This document shows, one piece after another, positions 49,204-57,404 of a DNA stretch of 64,000 nt. The stretch's first letter is position 1. Each line of letters opens with the position of its first letter. The stretch spans positions 19,577 to 83,576 of the IMG/VR virus record IMGVR_UViG_3300048999_000173. One strand, 5' to 3'. Made by a program: the position numbers and the translations under genes. The stretch is from a virus. Below the pieces are notes generated by a model that did no database searches, was not told where the DNA came from, and saw only the letters and a list, made by a program, of their open reading frames with translations.

Positions 49204-49961
49204 CCCAGAAGCGTCTGGACCCGAAGACCGCCCAGCAGGAACTGACTGATCACCCCTACTACAAGTACCGGGGCTGTGGCCCGGATCCGGATGACCCGCG
49301 TCGTGCGGCCGGTGACAGCAGGCTGCTGGTGGATGCGTGGCAGGCCCCGGATGTGGATGGTGGTGAGGATCAGGAGGAGCGGTCGGCGCGGGTTCGTGCG
49401 GCGAAGGCGGTGTGCGGTCGGTGTCCGGTGTTGGCGGCGTGCGCGGTGTACGGGGCGTCGGTGACGTCGGACGGGAAGTTGGCGGAGCGGCACTCGATCC
49501 TTGGGGCTCGTACGGCGTTGGAGCGGACGAAGGCTTTGGTGGAGGAGCGGCAGGTGGTTCCGGTGGTGGTGGAGCCGGCGCCGGATGAGCAGTTGAGGAC
49601 GGAGCAGAAGCTGGCGATTGTGCGGGCGTTGGCGCGGTTTGAGTCGGCGGAGGATGTTGCGCGGGCGGCGGGGCTGGATTTGCGGACGGCGAATTGGCAG
49701 CGGGCCCGCCTGGTGACGCAGTTGGGGTTGCCGAAGTCGGCGTCCCGGGCGCAGGTGTTGGCGGCCGCGGCGGCGCGCGGCCTCCTCGCGGACGTGGACG
49801 TGGACGTCGACGAGGGCGGGGGCGGGGGCGGGGAGAGTGCGGCGGCCCGGATGGCGGCCGCACCCGTGCGTCCGGTGCAGCTCACCTTCGACGACGTGCT
49901 GTCGTCGGCGTCCGTACGCGATCTGTTCCCGGCCGGGCCCGAGCTGGGGGTGGCGGCATGA
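49200..49961 (+). CDS. WhiB-family regulator with C-terminal LuxR-like HTH
   Basis: C...AKAVCGRCPVLAAC...SILGARTALER; EDVARAAGLDLRTA...LGL...SRAQVL. Confidence 0.8.
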   Translation: MTQKRLDPKTAQQELTDHPYYKYRGCGPDPDDPRRAAGDSRLLVDAWQAPDVDGGEDQEERSARVRAAKAVCGRCPVLAACAVYGASVTSDGKLAERHSILGARTALERTKALVEERQVVPVVVEPAPDEQLRTEQKLAIVRALARFESAEDVARAAGLDLRTANWQRARLVTQLGLPKSASRAQVLAAAAARGLLADVDVDVDEGGGGGGESAAARMAAAPVRPVQLTFDDVLSSASVRDLFPAGPELGVAA

Positions 49962-50413
49962 CGATGACTCCGCAGTCCCCGGCGGTTGTTGACGGCGCGT
50001 CGGAGGCGTGGGAGACGGCGCGCGCGGATGCGGCGCTGGTGGGGCGGGCGTCGTCGGCGGCCGTGTTCCTGACGGGCCTGTTGGTGAACTCGGAGTTGGC
50101 GACGGTGGGCCGTCCGGACCGGCTGCCTGCCGATCTGTTCCCGGATGTCGACCCGGTGGTGGTGGAGGCGATCTGGCAGCGGGCGCTCGCTGTTGGGCTG
50201 CATGCGGGGCGGGTGTCGGCGGCGCCGCGTCTGTTCCGGGATCAGATGGCGCGTGTGCAGGGCCTGTTCGAGGCGGCGGGGTTTGCGGCGATGGGGCGGG
50301 CGGTGTCGCGGTCGCGGCGGTTGGTGGCGCCGCATCCTGCGGATGGTGAGGTGGCGCGTGTGGGTGATTCGGGTGTGATGAACGGACCAGACGACACAGG
50401 GGAAGGCGGCTGA
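49958..50413 (+). CDS. hypothetical protein
   Basis: ATGA coupling. Confidence 0.65.
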   Translation: MTMTPQSPAVVDGASEAWETARADAALVGRASSAAVFLTGLLVNSELATVGRPDRLPADLFPDVDPVVVEAIWQRALAVGLHAGRVSAAPRLFRDQMARVQGLFEAAGFAAMGRAVSRSRRLVAPHPADGEVARVGDSGVMNGPDDTGEGG

Positions 50414-50601
50414 GACAGATGGGCACGTCAACGGGTAGGCTGAGCCGTGCGTTTGAAGTCCAGTCAGTTGCGAGGCTGGGCGGAGATCGCTCCAGAACGT
50501 TGGAAGCCCCCGCTGCCACCTTGGTGGCAGTCCCGGTTTGCGAAGCCAGGACGCGAGGGCTGACGACACCACACAGTTTCCCAACATATGAAGGTGCCGA
50601 C

Positions 50602-50718
50602 ATGGCGAAGCGTACCCGGCTATCCGGGAGATCAGGCAGCGAGACCCAGCCTTCCGGCGTGAAGATCACACCGCCGCAGTGCCCGGTCCCTGTCGCCACT
50701 ACCCCCACCGTCGCATGA
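50602..50718 (+). CDS. possible leader peptide (38 aa)
   Basis: GAAGGT RBS; stop overlaps the next ATG. Confidence 0.35.
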   Translation: MAKRTRLSGRSGSETQPSGVKITPPQCPVPVATTPTVA

Positions 50719-51200
50719 CCGCCCAGGGCGAGGGCATCCTCGCCTGGCTGGACGGTGCCGTCACCCGGCGCGAGCGGGTCGCCCAGGCTGCCGCCGCATT
50801 GCAGGCTGATCCGGAGAACGGTTGGGGCATCGTCGACGACTCCGGCTACGCCGTACCCAGCAAGCGGCGCACGATCTCGCCGCACATCGGCATCACTCAC
50901 GAGCCGGAGTCTGCGGAGCACATCGTCCTGAACAATCCGGCCGACGTCCTGCGCCGCTGCGCTGCCGACCGGAAGACCCTGGCTCTCTACGCCGAGACAG
51001 TGGCGATCCGCGACAGGAGTGCCGCTTCCCTTCAGACCGCGCAGGACCGTGGCGACATGCCCGACCCGTGTGTGCTGGACGATTGGAGCCGAGCCAACCG
51101 CGAAACGGCCTTCATGCTGCCCCTGATCCAGATCCTCGCTGACGGCTACGGCTGGACGGCAGGCCAGACCCCACCCAGTGAGGGAGATCAGGTGACTTAG
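50715..51200 (+). CDS. DUF6221-like protein (second copy)
   Basis: ILAWLD, HIVLNNPADVLRRCAADRK, LADGYG. Confidence 0.7.
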   Translation: MTAQGEGILAWLDGAVTRRERVAQAAAALQADPENGWGIVDDSGYAVPSKRRTISPHIGITHEPESAEHIVLNNPADVLRRCAADRKTLALYAETVAIRDRSAASLQTAQDRGDMPDPCVLDDWSRANRETAFMLPLIQILADGYGWTAGQTPPSEGDQVT

Positions 51201-51414
51201 CCAGTTTCGGCGGGAGATTCCTCGACCGCCTGGCCGCTTCCCCGTTCGGTGCGCCAACACCGTCCGGGCCTCTGCGGCCCTCATGCAACGGCTCAGCCTG
51301 CCAGCTGAGCTAAGGCCCGCTGGGCGCCAACCCAAGCGAGCGACCTACAGGTTCGCCAGAACCACCTTCACCACCGAGCGGGCTTTTTCATGTCCGCAGG
51401 ACGGCAGGTACATA

Positions 51415-52815
51415 GTGCAGTACGCGACACCCTCTTGTCAGCTTGACGCATCCGATTCGCGGCATTCGGTAGGCAAATCACCCTCCACCGATGTCGATGT
51501 ATCGACTCCCAGCACCCTCCGGATCGCCGCCGCACGGCAGTGGCTGCACGCCACCACGGGCCGGATCGCGACCTGCGCCCACTCCTGGATGACCGCCGTC
51601 CACTGGATCACCACCTCCGGCCTCTACACCCCCTCCCGCGCCCACGGCCCGAAGTGGGGCACCACCACCATCGCGGTCGCGCAGGAGATCGCCGCCCTCA
51701 AGGAGTGCCGACCCGGAATCGCCTACCTCGCCCGCAAGTTGCGGCTGTCCGAGCGGACGGTGCAGTACCACCTGGACATGCTCCGCGAGGCCGGGCTCCT
51801 CGTGTACCGGTCCAAGGGCACCCGCCTCTCCGGTGTCGGCGGCCGGGCGTCCGTGTACGAGCGGACCATCCCCAGCCGGTTCGACGAGGAGCTCGGGATC
51901 CGCACCGTCGGGGAGGGTGCAACGCGCCGCCCGGTCGGGATCGCCGAACGCGGACGGAAGTTGATCGGGAAGCTGGCGAAGAAGGCCGCCCGGAAGACCC
52001 GCCGCCGCCCGTCCCGCACCCGGGCCTCGCAGCGGGGGCGTTGCACCCCAATGCAGGTGGGTACCTCAACTGTTTCCTCTACCGCTCTCACCTGCTTTCC
52101 CTCTGAGAGCAAGCTCGCAAGCGGGGCAGCAGAAGCCAGCCCGGGGAAGAAGACCAAGCGCGGGCCGCGAACCCTCAACCGTGTCGGCCGCCGACACCAG
52201 CTGGCCCGCGAACTGATCACGCTGGTGCCGTGGTTGAAGGGCGCCTCCGTCCCCCGCATCGCGTGGATCATCCGGCATGTCGCTGACGCCGGGTGGACAG
52301 CCCTCGAGGTGCAGGCCATCGCGGAGAACGAGCGCCCCATCGGCGCCGACCAGGTCCACCGGCCGTCCGGGCTTCTCGCCAACCGCCTCGGCAGCCTCCA
52401 CTTGCTGTACACCACCCCCGAACGCCGGAAGACGGCCGTGCTGGCGTGGCAGGAGTCCCGCATCCAGGAGAAGGCCCGGCACGCCGACACTGCGGGCTAC
52501 AGCAGCTTCGACGGCGGCCCCAAGAGCCTTGCAGCCCGGCGGGCCATGGGCGAAGCCTTCGCCGCGATCACCAACCGTCTCCACGGCGACGCCGTACTCG
52601 TCGACTGCACCCCGATCGCGTTTGAGGACCTGAGCCGTGACGAAGTCGCCGCCATGCGCCGCGACGCCATGCAGGACCCGGGCCTGGTCCTCGCCGCTAT
52701 CGACCTCATTGGCGAGCAGCAGACCCGCCGCCTGTACACCCACCGCCTCGTCGACCAGACCCTCACCCTCGAGCGGATCGCCGCCCGCAACACCACCTAC
52801 GACCCCGCCTTCTGA
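51415..52815 (+). CDS. replication initiator-like protein with N-terminal winged HTH
   Basis: CRPGIAYLARKLRLSERTVQYHLDMLREAGLL, ASVY; start uncertain; near DciA-like and par genes. Confidence 0.65.
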   Translation: MQYATPSCQLDASDSRHSVGKSPSTDVDVSTPSTLRIAAARQWLHATTGRIATCAHSWMTAVHWITTSGLYTPSRAHGPKWGTTTIAVAQEIAALKECRPGIAYLARKLRLSERTVQYHLDMLREAGLLVYRSKGTRLSGVGGRASVYERTIPSRFDEELGIRTVGEGATRRPVGIAERGRKLIGKLAKKAARKTRRRPSRTRASQRGRCTPMQVGTSTVSSTALTCFPSESKLASGAAEASPGKKTKRGPRTLNRVGRRHQLARELITLVPWLKGASVPRIAWIIRHVADAGWTALEVQAIAENERPIGADQVHRPSGLLANRLGSLHLLYTTPERRKTAVLAWQESRIQEKARHADTAGYSSFDGGPKSLAARRAMGEAFAAITNRLHGDAVLVDCTPIAFEDLSRDEVAAMRRDAMQDPGLVLAAIDLIGEQQTRRLYTHRLVDQTLTLERIAARNTTYDPAF

Positions 52816-52829
52816 CAGGAGATCCGCTG

Positions 52830-53282
52830 ATGACCAACCCGACCGAACCTCACTCCTGCACGAACTGCGACGGCATCGATCCAGACACCTGCCTGACGAA
52901 CCCCAACAGGCCGCCGGAGCAGTGCCCCCGATCCGAAGCAGACGGATACGGCCACCAGTGCCAGAAGCCAGCCGGGCACAACCTGTGCACCTTCGAGGAA
53001 GAGCAGCGCGCCGCCCAAGAACCGCCTGCCGTCACCCATGCGCGAGCCGTACAGGAGATCCGCGCCGCCGCCCACCACCTCTACGCCGACGCAGGCATTC
53101 GTGTCCTGTCCGCCCTCGATGACGCACAGGTCTGCGACGACCCACACCCCGAAAACGGCGACCTGTGCAACCGCCGCCACGGGCACTTCGGGTTCCACCG
53201 CCACGTCATGGCTAACGGCGTCTACACATCGTGGGTTGGCAACGTCCCCGGTTTTCCGGGTGAGGAGGACGGACGTGGCTGA
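52830..53282 (+). CDS. Cys/His-rich hypothetical protein
   Basis: CTNCDGIDPDTC, HQCQKPAGH, CNRRHGHFGFH. Confidence 0.7.
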   Translation: MTNPTEPHSCTNCDGIDPDTCLTNPNRPPEQCPRSEADGYGHQCQKPAGHNLCTFEEEQRAAQEPPAVTHARAVQEIRAAAHHLYADAGIRVLSALDDAQVCDDPHPENGDLCNRRHGHFGFHRHVMANGVYTSWVGNVPGFPGEEDGRG

Positions 53283-54066
53283 CACCCCGCAGCTGTCCGG
53301 CCGCGACCTCGCCCGGCAAGCCCTCGCCGCCTACAAGGCCACCGCCCGCACCGCCCCCACCAACACCCCGGCCAAGACCCGACGGAAGAAAACCCTGCGC
53401 GCTGGCTCCGGCCGGGACCCCATCACCTTCGGCGCCGCCATCGCCGGACTCACCGGAGACCTCCCCCTCGAAGCCGGACTCGCCGGCGGCGACATCATCA
53501 ACCAGTGGCCCACCCTCTGCCCGCAGTACGCCGGCCGCGTGCAGCCCGTCTCCTACGACGAACGCACCGGGCGCCTCGACCTGCGGCCCGGATCCCACTC
53601 CTACGCCGGGCAACTCCGCCTCCTGGGCGGCCAGCTCGCCAAGCAGATCAACGACAAGCTGGGCCGCCCCGTCGTCCGTACGATCCGTGTCCTTCCCGTC
53701 GGCAACATCGCCCCGGCCGGGCCCGCAGAGCCCATAGCCCAGCAGCCGCAGCCTGAGACGCCCGTACGAACCCGCGCGGACGGATGCCCCGGCTACCAAG
53801 ACGCACTGGCCGTCGTCCTCGAGCACCAGCCCGAACGAAAGGCCGTAGACCCGTACGTGGAGCACGCCATGCGCCGCCAGGAGGCCGCCCTCCGCGCCGG
53901 ACGGCCGCCCGAGACCGAGCACCGCGACGCCATCTGGGCCCAGGACGACGCCGAACGGAAAGCGGGCCCGGCGCCGGGCAGCATGGCCGCATCCGAAGCC
54001 GCCGCCCGCGCGGTCGCCCGCCAGAACCGCGCCGCCCGGGCCCCGCGCCGCGCCTTCGATGTGTGA
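53275..54066 (+). CDS. DciA (DUF721)-family helicase-loader-like protein
   Basis: SGRDLARQAL, GRDP, IINQWP...VQPVSY..GRLDL...SYAGQLRLL...LAKQINDKLG..VVRTIRV. Confidence 0.75.
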   Translation: MADTPQLSGRDLARQALAAYKATARTAPTNTPAKTRRKKTLRAGSGRDPITFGAAIAGLTGDLPLEAGLAGGDIINQWPTLCPQYAGRVQPVSYDERTGRLDLRPGSHSYAGQLRLLGGQLAKQINDKLGRPVVRTIRVLPVGNIAPAGPAEPIAQQPQPETPVRTRADGCPGYQDALAVVLEHQPERKAVDPYVEHAMRRQEAALRAGRPPETEHRDAIWAQDDAERKAGPAPGSMAASEAAARAVARQNRAARAPRRAFDV

Positions 54067-54098
54067 GTGGGGCAACGGCCACCCAGGATCTGCGAGAC

Positions 54099-54116
54099 GG
54101 TTTACCGCGGTAAACC
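54099..54116. promoter_or_regulatory. perfect 18-bp palindrome, operator candidate
   Basis: GGTTTACCGCGGTAAACC. Confidence 0.55.
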
Positions 54117-54140
54117 ACCCCACGACCAAGGAGACCCTGC

Positions 54141-54632
54141 ATGCCCCAGCAGCCTCGCCGCTTCCACCTCCAACGCGATCACGACGTAACCGGCGTATCC
54201 GGCACCGGCCGCGTCGCCGACGGCATCGCGTGGTCCGACGGAACCGTCTCCGTCCGCTGGCTCGGAGACCGCCCCAGCACTGTCTTCTGGGACGACCTGG
54301 CTCACGCCGTCCACGTCCACGGACACGGCGGCCACACACGCATCGTGTGGGACGACCCCGAGCTGCCCACCCAGGACATGAACTGCCCTCACTGCCCCGA
54401 CGGTCATACCCTGCCCGACAGCGGCTCCCAGCCGTGGTCCGTATACGTCAGCAGCGAGCGAGACGGCGACGGACAACCCACCACGATCATCGTCGCCCGA
54501 TCAGCTGGAGCACACGTCGCAGAGTCCGATGTCGAGTGGATCCGAAGGCGCCTCAACGGACCCGACCACAACCGACCCGCCCCTGCTATGCCCACGCAGG
54601 GACCGCGCACGCTCCTCAACCGCGGCGGCTGA
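54141..54632 (+). CDS. conserved actinophage hypothetical protein
   Basis: RFHLQRDHDVTGVSGTGRVADG...HGHGGHTRIVW. Confidence 0.75.
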   Translation: MPQQPRRFHLQRDHDVTGVSGTGRVADGIAWSDGTVSVRWLGDRPSTVFWDDLAHAVHVHGHGGHTRIVWDDPELPTQDMNCPHCPDGHTLPDSGSQPWSVYVSSERDGDGQPTTIIVARSAGAHVAESDVEWIRRRLNGPDHNRPAPAMPTQGPRTLLNRGG

Positions 54633-54716
54633 CACTCGCCACCGAGCGGGGGCAACATCATCCGGGATTTGCGGCACCGTGGACGCGATCACCCCGCACG
54701 AACGGAGCCTGCACCC

Positions 54717-54917
54717 ATGCCCGACGTCGCCACGGCCACCCAACCCACCATGTGCCTCCTCCACGGCGACTTCCACGTCATGGAGCAAGCCTGCTGGAGC
54801 ACCGCCCTCGACTGGCAGTTCGCCCACACCCACCTCGAAGGCGCCGCCGCCCGCGACGCCTACCTCACCGAAGTGGAACGGCAGATGCTCAACAACCTGA
54901 TCCGGAGCAGCCGATGA
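54717..54917 (+). CDS. hypothetical protein
   Basis: GGAG RBS; coupled to the next gene. Confidence 0.5.
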   Translation: MPDVATATQPTMCLLHGDFHVMEQACWSTALDWQFAHTHLEGAAARDAYLTEVERQMLNNLIRSSR

Positions 54918-55075
54918 CGACCACAACGCCGTCGGCCCGCCCGCGCACCCAGACCCCCGCGCTGCCGGTCCGGCCCCGGCCACTGTGGGAGCGAGACCGG
55001 CTGTTCCTGGAGCCCGACTTGCCCGAGAGGCTGGACGTCACGGAGGACGAAGAGGATGCCGAGGACGGGTGGTGA
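54914..55075 (+). CDS. hypothetical protein
   Basis: ATGA overlap; acidic C-terminus. Confidence 0.45.
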   Translation: MTTTTPSARPRTQTPALPVRPRPLWERDRLFLEPDLPERLDVTEDEEDAEDGW

Positions 55076-55136
55076 CCAATGGTCACCACCTTCGGGTCAG
55101 ATAGACGACAAGGTGGTGACCATTGGTCACCACCTT
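55068..55136. repeat. two palindromes, candidate centromere (parS)
   Basis: GGTGGTGACCA-A-TGGTCACCACC and AAGGTGGTGACCA-T-TGGTCACCACCTT, downstream of the par operon. Confidence 0.7.
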
Positions 55137-55166
55137 GAGGCATCGGGCCGCGAGGGCAGGTGGGAG

Positions 55167-56045
55167 TTACCCCAGGCCGCCTGCCAGCTCCTCGATCAGC
55201 TCACGCACAGCGCTCTCCAGCTGCTCAGCCTCCCGTCGCGCCCGGGCTGGATCCCGCTCCGCCAGCTCACGGATCCGCGCGACCGCCCGCAGTGACTCAC
55301 TGACCGACACTGCCGTCTTTCGTGTCGGCTTTGCCTCGGACGGCCCGGACACCTCCTTTGGAGGGGCGTAACCGAGGAAGTTCGCCGCCTGCATCAGCGC
55401 CGTGTCCGTGACGTTGCCGTGCCGGGCCGCTTCCAGCCACGTCTCACGGACCGGGTCCACGCCGTGGGTGTCGAGTATCGGGACCAGGACCCGCAGGGGA
55501 CGTTCCTTCAGCTCCTGGGTGGTGATGTCCTCGAGGACCTGAGCGACCGGAGTCACCCGGATGATGTTGTTCGCCTGGTGCTTTTTGATGCCGAACCGGG
55601 CTTCGGCGAGATCCCCGAACGTGTCGTGCCCTGCGACCTTGTGGAGTTCCTCTTCCTTCATCGCCCGCAGCCGCAGACCCAGGCCGATCAGCCTCTGCTG
55701 GTCGGCACGTTCGTGGTTGGCGCGGGCCGCGTACTGAACGGCGAGAATGCCGCGGGAGTAGAACTCCAGCCGCTCGGACGGATCTGCACTGTCCGGCTCG
55801 GTGAATTCCGGCATCGGCAGGTAGCCGGCCGCCGCGCGCGCAGGCGCCACGGGCGCATCGTCGGCCGCCCGTTCAGCCTGCACCGGGAGCGGCGCTGCCA
55901 CCGGCTGAACGGGGGGTGCCGATGCAGCGGCCTGCTGCTCTCGCCGGGCGCGCTCCGCCTCTTCCCACTTCCGCAGTTCGTCCTCGCGGGATGTGTCCCC
56001 GCCCTGGCCGACCACCGGGATGACGGGTGGTTCCTTCCTGCTCAC
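55167..56045 (-). CDS. partition partner protein (non-canonical ParB)
   Basis: Coupled to parA; GLRLRAMKEEELHKVAGHDTFGDLAEARFGIKKHQANNII. Confidence 0.7.
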   Translation of the reverse strand: MSRKEPPVIPVVGQGGDTSREDELRKWEEAERARREQQAAASAPPVQPVAAPLPVQAERAADDAPVAPARAAAGYLPMPEFTEPDSADPSERLEFYSRGILAVQYAARANHERADQQRLIGLGLRLRAMKEEELHKVAGHDTFGDLAEARFGIKKHQANNIIRVTPVAQVLEDITTQELKERPLRVLVPILDTHGVDPVRETWLEAARHGNVTDTALMQAANFLGYAPPKEVSGPSEAKPTRKTAVSVSESLRAVARIRELAERDPARARREAEQLESAVRELIEELAGGLG

Positions 56046-57199
56046 GCCGCCAGCTCCTTCGCCAGGGACCGCATCACCTGCGCCTGACCAGAGTCAGGAG
56101 CGTGCTCAAGGAGAGGGATCTGGTAGTCGGACGACTCCCGCCCCTCCACCGCGTCCTTCAGCGTGGCCAGCACGCCCGGAGTAGTGAGACCGTTCCAGCC
56201 GTCGTAGAAGCTGCGGGTACCGACACCCTTGCGCGCGTCGTAGGCGTTGACGACGAACCCGAGCTGGTCGACCACCGCTCCGGTCAGCCGGGAGTGCGTA
56301 CCGATCTGCTCGTTCAGCATCTCGTACGCGTCGAACGAGGACCGGTCGGACCAGACAGGGATGAGGATCCCGGAGTGGTCGATCAGCTCGCCGGGACGGC
56401 GCTGCACGTAGTTGATGGCGAGGTCTATGGCCAGACCCAGGTTCGGCGGCCCGTCCAGGACGATGACGTCGTAGCCCTCCTCGAGCGGGGCGATCGCACG
56501 CGCCAGGCAGGTGTCCCGGCCGACCTGGAGCAGGGCAAGCTTGGCGTCCATGAGGAAGGCGTCCTTGGACGCGGGCAGGATGTGCAGGCGGCCCCCGAAC
56601 CGTTCCTGGGGGAGCGCAACCAGGGAGCGGGCCAGGTGCTTGTCCGCCTCACCCAGCATGTGCTCGAGGAGACTGTTGGCGCCCTTGGGCAGGCCTGGGA
56701 TCTGGAGGCGGCTGGTGAGGTGGCCCTGCGGGTCGTAGTCGACGAGGAGGACACGCTGGCCGGCTTCCGCCATCGCCTGGGCGAGCCCGGCCGCGACGAA
56801 CGTCTTGCCGACGCCGCCCTTCTGATTGCCCACCAGGATCCGCTTCACCGGCTGCGACACCAGCCGCTGGGAGGGCGAGGGGTGCAACTGCAGCCAGTGG
56901 ACGATGGCCTGCGCCATGCCCTGCACCTTGGTGATCCCGCGGAGTTCGCAGTCCTGCGTGAACCGTCCGGGCAGCCCGGGGGCGAGGAACACCCCCCACG
57001 ACTTCGAACCCCTGGTGTCGATTGCCTCGAAGACCGTGTCGCCGGTGTCGGTCTCGAGCCACAGGGCAACTGCGTTGGATGCGGCGTCCTGCATGTTCAG
57101 TCCGTGCTCGGCAGCCCGGATGCGGAGGTCTCTGCGTAGCTCCGGGGTCAGATTGACGAGCAGTTTTTCGCGCGCATCGTCGGCGCTCGGGTTGGTCAT
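56042..57199 (-). CDS. parA: ParA ATPase with N-terminal tandem RHH-like extension
   Basis: NQKGGVGKT, LLVDYDPQG, VIVLDGPPNLG. Confidence 0.9.
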   Translation of the reverse strand: MTNPSADDAREKLLVNLTPELRRDLRIRAAEHGLNMQDAASNAVALWLETDTGDTVFEAIDTRGSKSWGVFLAPGLPGRFTQDCELRGITKVQGMAQAIVHWLQLHPSPSQRLVSQPVKRILVGNQKGGVGKTFVAAGLAQAMAEAGQRVLLVDYDPQGHLTSRLQIPGLPKGANSLLEHMLGEADKHLARSLVALPQERFGGRLHILPASKDAFLMDAKLALLQVGRDTCLARAIAPLEEGYDVIVLDGPPNLGLAIDLAINYVQRRPGELIDHSGILIPVWSDRSSFDAYEMLNEQIGTHSRLTGAVVDQLGFVVNAYDARKGVGTRSFYDGWNGLTTPGVLATLKDAVEGRESSDYQIPLLEHAPDSGQAQVMRSLAKELAA

Positions 57200-57404
57200 A
57201 GCGAGCAAATTACCAGGCGATCTCCGTGGAGAGGGGAAGGCGGGCACCGAACTGCTCACGGCTCCGCCCCAAAGCGGCTGAACACCCCTTGTGAACTGCG
57301 GGTTTAGACCTGTGGCACCGCATGGTCAACTTCTGCCGGTAACGGGCGGGTTGCCGGGGTTTCTGCGTCACCCACCCGAGTGATCTATCACCGCATCCCC
57401 TTCC

